This document shows positions 26,440-39,159 of a stretch of 64,000 nucleotides of DNA, piece by piece (position 1 is the stretch's first letter; the number at the start of each line of letters is the position of its first letter). The notes under the pieces are model-generated. The model made no database searches. It worked only from the letters and a program-made list of their open reading frames with translations, and had not been told where the DNA came from. Position numbers and translations under genes: made by a program. The stretch is from assembly GCA_964016885.1 (NCBI GenBank), contig OZ024743.1:160332001-160396000 (forward strand), in the 5' to 3' direction. Origin of the DNA: Eledone cirrhosa. Lineage: Eukaryota.

Positions 26440-28666
26440 ATTCTTTGAGTCTCAGTCATTGATGTTATTTAACTGGAAAAGTTTGTTGAAATGAATATCA
26501 AGCCGCTACCAGCAGCCTCAGATATTCAGGACGTATCGGAGGGTTCTTGCTGTTCCCAGCAAGCATGCCTTTTGAAGTGTTCCAAAAAGCGGGGCGGGAC
26601 TAATTTTCTTTAACCATCCTTGGAAACTCTTTGAGATAGTACCTAGTTCGCCTATGAGAATTGGGACCACTTTGACTTCATGGCAGTTCCAAATCCTTTT
26701 ACCTCCCACTTTAAGTCCTGGTATCGTTTAATTTGCTCCCTCTCCTTCTCATCATGTCTCCAGCCCTTATAGTGAGTCTTATGTGACCCACAGTCTCCTC
26801 TCTCTCACCACAGATCCTGCACAGTGGGCTAGCCTCCGCCTTGTAAATATGGTGTTTCAACCACTTCGTTTTGAGTGCCTGCTCTTGCGCAGCCATTAAC
26901 ATTCCTTCTGTAGCCTTTTTAAGGTCTCCTCTTTTCAACCAGTTCCATGTCTGTGGATCTCTAAATTCAGTTTTCTCAAAGAAGGTACTATGAAGGGATT
27001 TTTCGTGAAGGTTGCTCTTTCTCCTTGATGTTATTTCCTCCTTGGACATCCCCTGGTCAATTGTCCCCTCTTTTCAGTACAGTTCCGAGCATTGGCTCCT
27101 TACTATCAGTCACGTATTTGTGGAGGTTGTTTTTCTCCATCTGAATACAGTCCTCTATGCTGATAAGACCTCTTCCACCTTCAAATCTCCTTAAGTAGAG
27201 TCTATCGACATCACTCCTCTTGTGGAACATGTAGATAGTCAATAGCTTCCTAGTCTTCTTATCCATTTCTTTTTATTCAGCAACATTCCATCTCAGAATT
27301 CCCGCACTGATGTCATCAGCCTCCAGAACACCCAAATACTTGTATCCTTCTTCAGATTCAATTTCCTTTATCATCTCAACTGTTGGTACCTGGATTCCGT
27401 TACTTCTGCTCAATTTACCCCTCTTCATCACAATGACTCCACACTTACTAATATCAAATTGCATACATATATCATTGCTTAAAATACGGACAGTGTCAAC
27501 AAGCACATCCAACTCCTTCTCACTCTTCCCGAAGAGCTTAAGATCGTCCATGAAGAGGAGGTGATTGATGGTAAGCCCTCCCTTTCCCAAACTCTATCCT
27601 GCTCTCACTTTTCGCAGTACACTGGTCAGGGCAACAGGGTAAGGACAAGCAACAGAGGGGGCAGACTATCTCCCTGGAAGATACCTCTCTTGATCTTACG
27701 CTTCCCAAGGATTCTCCAGTTGATGTTAACTGTTTCCCAGGACTTCATACTTTTGCCCAACAACTGTCTGTTGTTATCTGCCACCTTGAAGATCTCCAGG
27801 CTTTTGGTAATCCAAGAATGAGGCACCATGTCAAATGCCTTTTTGTAGTATATCCATCCCATGGCAAGACCAGTGTGTCTCCTCTTGCAATTCCTCATTA
27901 CCATCTTATCAATAAGTAACTGGTCCTTTGTGCCACGTGACTTCTTTCGGAATCCTTTCTGTTCGTCCGGTAACAAGTTGTTTGTGTGGAGGTGATGGTA
28001 GATTTCCTCAGACATAATGCCTGTCAACAGTTTCCACATTACGGACAGACATGTGATAGGTCTATAGTTGGTAACATCATTACCCTTGATTCGGTCTTTC
28101 ATTATCAGAACTGTGGTACCTTTTGTCAACCACTCTGGTACCTTACCTGACATCAAGCAGTCATTGAACATGGTTGTCAGTTTCAGGTGGAGGGATGTTA
28201 AATGTTTAATCCAATACCCCTGCACACCATCTAGGCCTGGTGATTTCCAGTTGGTTAGTTTTTTGGCCTGCCCCTTAAGAGTTTCAACTGTGATACTCAA
28301 ATCAGTTTGTTGGTGTGCCTGTTCACTAATCTATTCTGTACTGTCTCAATCCACACTGCCTGGTCATTATGTTTAACATCCTGCTCCCATATTCCTCTCC
28401 AGAATGTTTTAGTTTGTTCCGCCTCAGGGATCAAGTCGTTGCCTCTTTCTTTCCCTTCAAGCTGTCCAAACAGCATCTTCTGGTTGTTGTCGAACATGCG
28501 GTTCTGTCTATACTGACTGACTCTGTTCTCGTATCGTCTGATTTTTGCACGTTTTGCTATAATACGTTGCTTCAGTTCCTCTATGATAATATTTAGTTTT
28601 TTCCTCCTAGTTTTGTACTTTATTTCCAGTCTATTTTTAGTGTCCCATTCAGTAGGGACTCAAACT
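26440..28666 (-). mobile_element. R4/Dong-like LINE, 5'-truncated, several internal deletions
   Basis: ORFs 28297-28497, 27626-28300, 27273-27590, 27057-27266, 26711-27049 and 26518-26709 are near-identical to parts of 6128-9116. Confidence 0.95.
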
Positions 28667-28684
28667 TATTATTATTATTATTAA

Positions 28685-31624
28685 GTCTGAACGGACGTCT
28701 TTTTGCTCGCTCCCGTAAGTTCACTTATTTACCTGTCAAAACTTATTTATTGAATTTGTTGTTGTTGTGTAAGGCATGCAACCCCTTGGACTTTGCACTG
28801 TGAAGGGGAAAGAATAATATTTGGGCCTTTTGGCCCAAATATTTGAACTTTTTTACATTTTAAAAAATTATCGAGAAAAAAAAGAAAAAAAAACATGTCG
28901 GAGTAGCGCTGAAGTGCATCAGAGAAGACAATCCCGGACCACATCTGCCTTCAGAATGGGACGGCCATTCATATTATGACCGAAGTAAAAGGCCGCATTG
29001 TTTTGTTTGTGGGGAAAAAACCCATTTGCAAGAAATTATCGAGAAAAAAAAAGAAAAATAAACATGTCGGAGTAGCGCTGAACTGCATCAGAGAAGACAA
29101 TCCCGGACCACATCTGCCTTTAGAATGGGACGGCCATTCATATTATGACCGAATTAAAAGGCCGCATTTGTTTGTGGGGAAAAAACCCATTTGCGAGCCT
29201 TCTTCCCCCAACTGCTGAAAGATGCAAGGGGTCGAGACGCTCCACTGCTGCCGACGCCGGGGCGAGGACTACAAACAACACCAGCACCGGCAAAACCACC
29301 AACAACACCAATAGAAAGACCACTACCAACATTGACCACCCAGGGGGGAAACGAGGAAAGTTGTCAACCCCCCCACCCCCCACCCCCCCAAAAAATACAC
29401 ACACCAATAAAAACATAAACACACACACAGACACACTTACAGACACAGACACCTCATCTACCAGTAGTGAAGATGAGGGAAAACCAAAATTCCCCAAAAT
29501 ACAAAAAAGGAAACACAAATAGGAAAAAAAAAACTCAACAAACCACAAAATCACCCCCAATAAAAAATGCAGACACCACCCACGCAAACATCTCTCCAAT
29601 AACACCAACATCAACACTACCATCAGCATCACCAGAATCCCCCAAACGTAAACAACCTAAACAGACGCAAGAACAAATATACACACAAACATCTGAAACC
29701 ACAGACCTCGCAATCACAACAAACACAGTCACAACCGAAACAACACCACCAAAACCATCACCACCACAGCCACGCAAACAAATAAAATCACACTAACAAA
29801 ACATATAAAACTTCGTGCTCGTTAGGAGGGCCTACAAGGAACTGATGGCCCTCGTAGCACTAAGTGAAAATATACAAAAAGAGGGGGATATTTTTAAATC
29901 CACCACATTTCGTGTGCCGCAAGATTTGTTTCTGGTGCGAATGTCGCTCGATTTATACAAAGAGATACAAGACAGCTTTCTTTGGGACGTGGGAACCCGA
30001 ACGTAAAACCCACTTCAAGACTTTTAAAGGGGTTCCCAAAAGAAACCCCACCAACTAAGGAGGTCGAACCACCCGACCTTCATAAGCGGAAGGTAAGTAA
30101 ACCTTTCCTCTCTCTCTTTTTAACCTGCCAACATGGCCGTATTAAAAGTAGGAAGTTTAAATGTTCGAGGCCTGGGATCGTCCTGGAAGCAGGGTCACCT
30201 GCTCAACTACCTCAGGTCTCTAGAAATAGATGTAATTGGCGTCAGCGAGACAAGGATTTCCGACACGCGCGCACTAGCCCCCATTTTTGACGACTATCAG
30301 ATCTTTACATCTGTTAGCCGGCCGGGAATGGGAGGCGGGGTGGCAGTGCTGTTTAGGAAAGGCCTGGATCTCGAGGTAAGGTCGATCTTCCGGGACCCGG
30401 ACGGGAAGTTGGTGGTCCTGGACGTGAACAATAATGAAGGTGGTGCATTTAGACTGGTTGCCGGCTATGCCCCCACTGGGGCAGGACGGCCGGACTTCTT
30501 TAGACGCCTGAAAGCCTTTCTGGGTACGTCTCGCCCTTTACTGTTAGCGGGGGACTGGAACGGTATCTTAGACGCACGCTGGGACTGTGTGGGAGTATCC
30601 GATAGGAGTGGGGAGTGCAAAAGCCTCAAAAATCTGTTCAGCCAATTCCAACTGTCTGACAGGTACCAACTAGATTTCCCTAATGCGCCAGCGTGGACCT
30701 GGGCTAACCGCATAGGGTCATCTAGATCGTATATAGACAGGATATTCATTAGGAAAATAGACAGAAATAGTGTAAGCTGTCCACATTTTGAAACAGTCGC
30801 CTATTCAGATCACAAGTTTGTGAACTGTATGGTCGACCTAGATAAGACGCGTAGGTTAGGACCTGGTTACTGGAAGCTAAACATGTCATTTCCGGCACGT
30901 AAGGCTTACAGGGACCAGGTCAACAATTTAGTTAAGAAAAAGTTGACAGGGTAGTCATCAACAATAGGTGGGGGGGGGGGGCTCTCAAAAGAGAGATAGA
31001 GTAATGTCGATAGAGTTTAGCAAAGAAGTAGCGTTAGAGAAAAATAGAAAGGAGGGGGAATTGGTAGATAAGTTAGATGAGACTATTGGTAGTGGCATTG
31101 CAACTGATGTGCTACCGGCAAGAATGGCATTAGACCATTTCTTCAATGCGAAACACGAAGTTTGCATTGTCAGAGCTAAGGCGTGTGCTCTGAGAAACGA
31201 GGTAACCAAAGCTGTTCGATGGGCCCGCGTGGCAGAGGCGCAGCGTGGTAGTAAAACCACGATTCGGTCACTGACGGACCGAGACGGACACGAGCTGAAC
31301 GATTCCAAGCGGATGTGTGAGGCCTTTCGCCAACATTTTGCTCGGTTGTTCGGGGGAAGTGGCGGGTCAGAGACGGTGGCGAAATTCAGTCCCTACCTCG
31401 ATGGCTTGCCGCAACTCTCGACGGCTGACGCTGGGCGCTGCGAAAGGCCGATTACTTCAGCCGAGATTCAGGATGCCCTTGTCGGCTGCATGAGGTGCAA
31501 ATCACCCGGTTTGGATGGTCTGCCCTACGAGCTTTACGTAAATATGCAAGACTTGTTCTCCAATCTCCTCGAAGCTCTCTACTGCAACTGGCAACAAAAC
31601 AGGAGTTTCCCAGTTCTGTGAGCA
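28685..31624 (+). mobile_element. Tx1-clade LINE, 3'-truncated (ORF1 with duplicated Zn knuckle, intact-looking APE, start of RT)
   Basis: ORF 30133-30954: SLNVRGL, VSET, GYAP, AGDWN, SYIDRIF, YSDH, YWKLN; ORF 30968-31621 has KSPGLDGLPYELY. Confidence 0.92.
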
Positions 31625-31735
31625 ACGATGGTTGCTAGACACTACGGCTTAATACGGGATGTTTGTTTACAAACACACCGAGCATTATAATAAATGTTCG
31701 GTGAATTCATACGTACATATATATATGTGTGCATG

Positions 31736-31781
<46 letters not shown>

Positions 31782-32183
31782 CTACTGTACGTCTGTATAC
31801 ATATATGTATGTACGTGTACATACTTATATTTAGGTAACAGCCGTACTAAGAGTGGGAAATGAAATTTCGTTTCATTTTTTCCGTTTATCGTTTTCGGTG
31901 CACCCGGCCGATTAACCCACTCGATATGCAAATTGGGCTACTCAGCCGTTAATATGCTTAAGGTAAGTATATACTTTCAACAATCTGGCAGGAAGGTATA
32001 CGTTGCTGACGATAGCTAATAAGCTTGAAACTAGTACAGCGTTGCTTTGTCAGTGTTGAACAAACGAGCAACGAGGGTTGCTAGACACTGCGGCTTAATA
32101 TGTTAGGATGTTTGTTTAAAACACACCGAGCATTATAATAAATGTTCGGTGAATCCATACGTACATATATATATGTGTGCATG

Positions 32184-32231
<48 letters not shown>

Positions 32232-32329
32232 TATGTGTGTGTGTCTATGTATGTGTGTGTGCGTGTGTGCGTGTACATATGGGTGTATGGGTGGGTTTCT
32301 ATTGTCACAAGTTACTTTCAGGATTTGTG

Positions 32330-32620
32330 AAATAGCTAAGAGTGCATACACTGATGGTAAATGAGTTGGAATTACAATCATAATGTCATCAGTCCAATTC
32401 CTGGTCTAGGTTGTGTGTTGCGTTTTTGAGCAAAACCCCTCATTTTATGTTGCTCCAGTATACTCAGCAGAAAATGAATACCAATAGTAGGGGGTTTAAA
32501 CCTGGGGTGGACTGGCGTCCCACAAAGGCGAAGTCTTGTACTCCCAGTTACTTAATACTACTGAAACCATGATAACCACCGTCCTATGAGCTTCCGAGCA
32601 CGAGACAAACTTTTCAGAGA
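32330..32620 (+). mobile_element. Second SINE family (CORE/V-domain-like), diverged
   Basis: ttgagcaaaacccctcatttt..gctccagt..ctcagc..aaatga, then gtggactggcgtccc and ..gaaacc..cctatgagc tail. Confidence 0.5.
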
Positions 32621-33134
32621 TACAGAGTTTTTCTTTCGTCTTGTGGTATTTGTGTACGTGGGGTTTCATCGCGTCAAGCATTCAAGATTATTTCTGGAGT
32701 TTGCAGAATAATAGAAAGAAGATAGTAAAAAGACAATTAGAAATACGAGTATAAGTACTCTCATGCTTAAATTACCATTGAATTTTTTATTTCATATTTT
32801 TTGTTATTTATTTATTTTATTTGTACAAAAATAAATGTAACCAATTTAAGATTTTAGATTCTAGACTTATTTAGTTCCGACGTGAGACGTGCAAAGCAAA
32901 TATTTCCCCACGAATTTTACCGTGACATGTTAGATTTATATAATTCAAATATTTAGACATTTTAATATGTCAATGGATCTTTTTTGCTTTCTTAACCATT
33001 TTGTATGTATGCAGGTATATTTCCTCTCATGTTATCATCTTTAAATTTCTCCAGTAAAAAGTGATTTAAGAGCATATCTCTGGTATCAGAATTTACCCAG
33101 CAACAATTAACCACAGACTCTCTCTCTATATATA

Positions 33135-33185
<51 letters not shown>

Positions 33186-33194
<9 letters not shown>

Positions 33195-33548
33195 TAAACG
33201 GAATAGAAAATGCTGACAAATTGTTCACAGTGAAAAATAATTTAATTAGGAATAAATGAGAATTAGTAATTGTTTTGGTTAGTATTCAGTTTTGCTTTTA
33301 AGTTTTACCGGTTGCGCATTTCTAAATGCTTTTCAAAAATAATGTTGAGATAGAGCGTCCGTGATGTTTGCTGGACGCTCTATTTCAAAATTATTTTTGA
33401 AAAGCATTTAGAAATGCGCAACCGGTAAAACTTAAAACCAAAACTGAATACTAACCAATACAATTACTAATTATCATTTATTCTTAATTAAACTATTTTT
33501 CACTGTGAACAATTTGTCAGCATTTTCTATTCCGTTTACCAATATATA
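33186..33548. repeat. Long palindrome (arms about 175 bp, 12 bp spacer) made from a PLE terminal sequence, within (TA)n
   Basis: Arms 33186-33360 and 33373-33548 are reverse complements with few mismatches; left arm plus spacer is homologous to 43450-43631. Confidence 0.92.
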
Positions 33549-33577
33549 ATAACTTGTGTGTTACACCTCTATTCTTT

Positions 33578-33582
<5 letters not shown>

Positions 33583-33648
<66 letters not shown>

Positions 33649-33654
33649 AAAGAG

Positions 33655-33742
<88 letters not shown>
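33583..33742. repeat. (TA)n, (GATA)n and (GA)n microsatellites
   Basis: Direct. Confidence 0.95.
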
Positions 33743-33744
<2 letters not shown>

Positions 33745-34912
33745 GAAGAATAAAGCAGTGTTCTGGACTATTTTACTAATATCGTCTTTGCTGTTTTGCG
33801 CATTTCAATGTCATCAATTATGGATTTGATACGACCTCGTCGGGCAGTTATTATGTAAATGTCTATACTGTGATATGCTCCGGACGAGTATTGTTGATTT
33901 CATCAGCTCTAACTTGACAAACATAAACTTTGATCAAGGACTCTCTATCTAACACCAATTGGGGCTTGTCCACTTCAAACATTGGTTGAAAATAGTCCAT
34001 CTATGATCGCTTCCCTTCAGTTCGACCTCCCATTAATGATTAGAGGGCTATTTGAACTTTTGGGGTATTTCATGTCTATGAGTGCAGGTTTCTTCAATGG
34101 TGAGTTTTGGGTTTATTGGCACCAGGTCAAATAAATGGCCGGCAATTCCAGTACCCACATAATTGTAAATTCACTTTGTCTGTACTTAATTTTATCGACT
34201 GTGGAAAGATGAAATGCAAAGTTAATCTCGGTGGGATTTGAAATCAGAACGCAACAGAAGAAAACTAAATACCACAAAATATTACTTTGACGGATAACTT
34301 TATGGACCCGGACAGATATAAGGCAGAGTCGATTGGAGTGAAAATTGAGTTTAGAAAGTATATAGATGTATCTATATACCAATGATCATATTGTCGGATG
34401 CTCTAATGGTTTGACCAAATAGCCACCCTTTACAATGTTTGGTATTCGAAATGAAACAACGAAGAAATGTTGCACGAAAAAGTACTGATCTTTCATATCT
34501 ACTTTTATTGCCACAAATAAAAAGATTTTAACATTAGATTCGTAAACATATACTATACTCTAGTCAATTCAATTGATACTACAAGTTAGTAATCATAACA
34601 AAATAAGTACTGGAAGACTTCATAACTTAAAATTGAAAAACAAAACACTAGCAGCATGTCTAGACTTATTTTTTGATAAAGAAGAAATGGACTGTAGATC
34701 GCGTAGGTATTTTGTTTATACACACGCACACATACACAAACACGCACACATACACAAACACGCACACATACACACACACATACCCACACACATACACACA
34801 CCCACACACCACACACATACATATATAACTTTGAAAATACATATTAAAAAATGTCCCTACCAGACTTCATATATGACATTTCATACACACTTACACACTG
34901 ATATATATACAG

Positions 34913-34957
<45 letters not shown>

Positions 34958-35012
34958 TTGTTTTCCAAGGTTTTTTTATATGAAATCGTGTGTCGAAACA
35001 AATATTTTTATA

Positions 35013-35176
35013 CTTGGGGAGGGTCATATTGTTATAATATTGCCAGAAATAATAACAGAACACACTCACTGTTTGGTTGGTTTTCGCTTCTGTATTTTTT
35101 TATATCTCCATAATTAATACATTTGGCAATCAATGTTTATCATTGATTGACCACCGGTTAAAAATACAGATATAAA

Positions 35177-35228
<52 letters not shown>

Positions 35229-36390
35229 ATCAGAGTTCTTTCGTTGCACATCTGCAACATCATAAGTAGAACTACTATGTTTCCTCCAATTGTATTGTAT
35301 TGTAATGTCTACGCCATTTTAATTTTAATTTATTTATTTATTTATTCTTGTCTCTGTCTCTGCGCGTGCGTTTGCGTGTGTGTATAATGTTTGGTGTGCG
35401 TGTTCGCGTTTGAGTGTATGTGTTTTTGTTTTTGTATTCTATCTTTGTTCACTAGTGTGTGGTTATATGTGTGTTTGTTGTTATTGTAATTGTGTATATA
35501 TTTATTTGCTTATTTATATTTCCCTTAAGTCAGTATTGTTCGCTTGAGTATGGTTGTTGTTGTTATTGCATCCGTTCTTTCTGTTCAACTTCGTTCTTCT
35601 TAGTTCTAACTCAGTTGCTTCTCTGATATTTCTACCTGTTGAGTCATTTCTGCGCTTAGATATTTTAATTTCTATGTTGTCTATATTACAGTCATCTTGT
35701 TGTCTGGCGTGTTCGTATAGTACTGAACCATTTTTTTGTCCATTTAGTTCCCCCAGTGTTGGTCTATTCTTTATTCTATGCTTCGAACTGTCTCACCTAT
35801 GTATGTCGTTGTCATGTTTCTGCAATTACCCTCTGTACATCTTATGCTACAGACTACATTTCTAGTTTTACAATTTATCTTGGGGTACATTCTACATATA
35901 ACGCATTTCGTATTTGTAGAGTGGGTTTTCTTAAAGGGGTATGTCTTGCTGATCAGGGATTTGATGGTACTTCCTGGCTTTTCTACCACTTTAATCTTTA
36001 AATGTGTCTTTCTTAGGGCCTTTCTATATTGGTTAGCTAATTTCCCTCCAGGGGTAGCATCCACGAACATGACACTCTGGTATCTTTGGTTGCCGTACCA
36101 TGAAGTGGCTTTCCCTATCTTATGTTTAGTCCCATCTAAGCTATTCCATGATTTTCTCCTGTATAATGGGCAAATTCCTTTCATGTCCATTTCTATGAGG
36201 GTCTTATATTTCTCCGCGGTTCCTTTGGATACTTTGATTCTGTCTCTTTGGTTGTCGTCAGAGAACTACATTGATTGCCAAATAAATTAACTATAGAAAT
36301 CTAAAAGATACAGAAGCGAAATCCAACCAAACAGTGAGTGTGTTCTGTTATTACTTCTGGCAATATTATAATAATATGACCCTCCCCAAT
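35013..36390 (-). mobile_element. Penelope-like element 3' part (linker + GIY-YIG) flanked by ~125 bp inverted repeats
   Basis: ORF 35771-36190: PLYR, FVDATPGG, KVVEKPG, CVIC, NVVCSIRC, YIGET. Inverted repeats 35013-35136 and 36268-36390; hammerhead-like motif near 35225-35275. Confidence 0.8.
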
Positions 36391-36407
36391 ATATATATAT
36401 ATATATA

Positions 36408-36954
36408 GGGAAAAGCGAAGTAGTTTCAGATGTTCAAGTCTTTTAATAATAATTGTTTCTACTTTAGGCACAAGGCCAGCAATTACCCAGTGCATTACTG
36501 ATACTTTATTTTATCGACCCCGTAAGGATGAAAGGCAAAGTCAAATAATAATGCTGTGATATATATGTCAATGGCGACAGTGGCCACTCTGTTCTGTGTG
36601 CCAGTGTCGCGACATGGTCAGACAGCTTATTACATAATAAGGTTATGTTTCCGAGGCAATCCAAATTGAATCGACATGGGAACTGACGAAGTGTGTGCTT
36701 TTGGGTTCTTCATCCGGTGGGGGTGAATTGGTACTCACAAGGGAACGGATGAAGAACCCAAAAGCACACATCTCGTCTGTTCCCATGTCGATTCAATTTG
36801 GATTGCCTCGGAAACATAACCTTATTATGTAACAAGCTGACTGACGATGTCGCGACACTGGCATACAGAACAGTGTGGCCACTGTCGCCATTGAAATATA
36901 TATCACAGCATTATTATTAAAAGACTTGAACATCTGAAACTACTTCGCTTTTCC
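36408..36954. repeat. Long palindrome (arms about 210 bp, 29 bp spacer) with a SINE fragment inserted in the left arm
   Basis: 36544-36716 mirrors 36746-36918; 36408-36450 mirrors 36910-36954; SINE 3' part at 36451-36543. Confidence 0.9.
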
Positions 36955-37035
36955 TCATTCGATATTTACTCCGTCACTCCTATGTGGAATAATACGTTGA
37001 GTGCTTGAATTGAATTGCATCAATGTTTACCCTAA

Positions 37036-37105
<70 letters not shown>

Positions 37106-37110
<5 letters not shown>

Positions 37111-38033
37111 AAATATAAAACAATCAAATTTTAGTTTAATACATTTAATTGCTGACAATTGTTTCTTCCGGACGAATGCCTGGAATCATATACAATGTTT
37201 AAACTAGTAATTATAATCCTAGTCGTCAGAACCTTGATAAAGATACATTCCTATTGAGAGTGTCAGTGACAACATATTGAAAAGCAGGAGTGACAAAAAG
37301 ATGTTATGTTACAGATATCACAGTATATCTTATATTATTTTATTTGCATTCTGCATTACACAACATTTACTAACGGGTGAATTGGCAGTATCGGTAGAGG
37401 GTCGGACGCCATGCTTTGACGCATAGAGTTACGGCCCTTGCCATTCTGAGTTCAAATCCCGCCGAGGTTAACTTTGCCTTTCATCCTTACGGGGTCGATA
37501 AAATAAAGTACCAGTAATGTACTGGGTAATTTGATGGCCTTGTGCCAATAGTAGAAACAGTTATCATTACGTTTTTCTTTACCGTAATGTATGCCATTTT
37601 TAACACTTTTAACATTCTGTATGAAAAATGCTTGATTTATTAATTTTATAACTCTTATCTCATGCATGCCTTTATTAATTTTTTGCATTATATACCCTTA
37701 ATATTAACTTTTGTAATGCTATGATATCTTTTATCTAGCTTCTCCGACACCATATTCTCTCAGAATATATTTATATATAATATGCTCAATATTTCACTCT
37801 TCACCATTCCTCATTATGCTGTGATATATGTATCACATCTTTTTGTCACTCCTGCCTTTCAATATAATGTCACTGACACTGTCAATAGTTATGTATCTTT
37901 ATCAAAGACTAGGATTATAATTACTTGTTTAAACATTGTGTATGCTCCGATGGATCCAGACATTTGTCTGGAAGAAACAATTGTCAGCAACTAAATGTAT
38001 TAAACTAAACTTTGATTGTTTTACATTTTGTAT
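37106..38033. repeat. Inverted repeat pair (37106-37325 / 37816-38033) with hammerhead-like motifs; a SINE lies in the spacer
   Basis: gctgacaattgtttcttccggacgaatgcctgga mirrors tccagacatttgtctggaagaaacaattgtcagc; gtgacaaaaagatg mirrors catctttttgtcac. Confidence 0.85.
37374..37569 (+). mobile_element. tRNA-derived SINE, full length
   Basis: gggtgaattggcagtatcggtagagg...gagttcaaatccc...agaaacagttatcatta. Confidence 0.92.
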
Positions 38034-38344
38034 CTCGGCTCTGTAATACATTTGATAATTTACACTGAACCTTTTCTCTTACTGATAATTGGCTAGTGCT
38101 TAGTACTACCCTACATATTTATAATTATATATAACACATATATAAGTATAAATATTATTAATGTTATTATATATATATATATATATATATATTGTGTATT
38201 TGTAGATTTTAAAATGTATGACTATATGTAAGTATACATATTTATTTATATATGTATATATATATATATATATGTATATGTGTATGTGTGTATGTATGTA
38301 TGTATGTGCATTTGTAAGTATATATGTCAGTATGTGTGTATATG

Positions 38345-38461
<117 letters not shown>

Positions 38462-39159
38462 ACAGGGAGAAAGAGACGATTATGAGGAAGAAAAATATTT
38501 TTGTTTCCTTTTTTGTTTCTCTCTCTCTCTTTTTTCTGGGTTAGAAAATGATTAAAACGAAATGTTTTACTTTGTGTGAAGTGTTAAGGTATTAGTTGAT
38601 TTATTTATTATTTAACAATGGCATTTATTTATCTATTTATATATTTAATTATGTCTATTACCGGTTTCAGCATTTATATGCATTATTAAATGATAGTGAA
38701 ATGTATTAGTGTGGTGTCGCACATGTTAAAGAGAAGGTGCAGAAAGAATAATGTAATGTTATATACAAACAAGGTTTAAGAAGTGAAAAAAGAAAAAAGA
38801 AAAAGGAAAAAAAAACATGCATAAAGTGGAACGCAAAAAGTCAATGTGGAAGAAAAAATAATGTTATTTACAAGCACAGTCATTGAAATTAAGCAGTTCA
38901 AAATGTGTTAACATCGCAAGAGTGCTTAGTTGAACCATGGTTCCGTGAAGGAGGCAAATGGTGGACTGTGGTTTGATATGATTTCCCTTTTTAGGGAGTT
39001 AATATGCAGAGGGAAGCAATTCTTGCTGGGTGATATTTAATTTATTTAAGAAAAAGGATTAGGTAGGGTGTGAGGGAAGTAACTCTTGTAAATGTTTGAT
39101 GGTTTGTTGCAGTTTTAGATTGGTCCGATTTTTAGGGCATTGAGTAGTGGTTGATATCT

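Noticed and set aside
36250-36280. CTGACGA on the minus strand as a hammerhead core
   Set aside because: Lies in the PLE coding frame with no downstream stem II or GAAA.
37374-37460. tRNA gene
   Set aside because: A/B boxes belong to SINE heads; no cloverleaf is evident and each continues into the SINE body.
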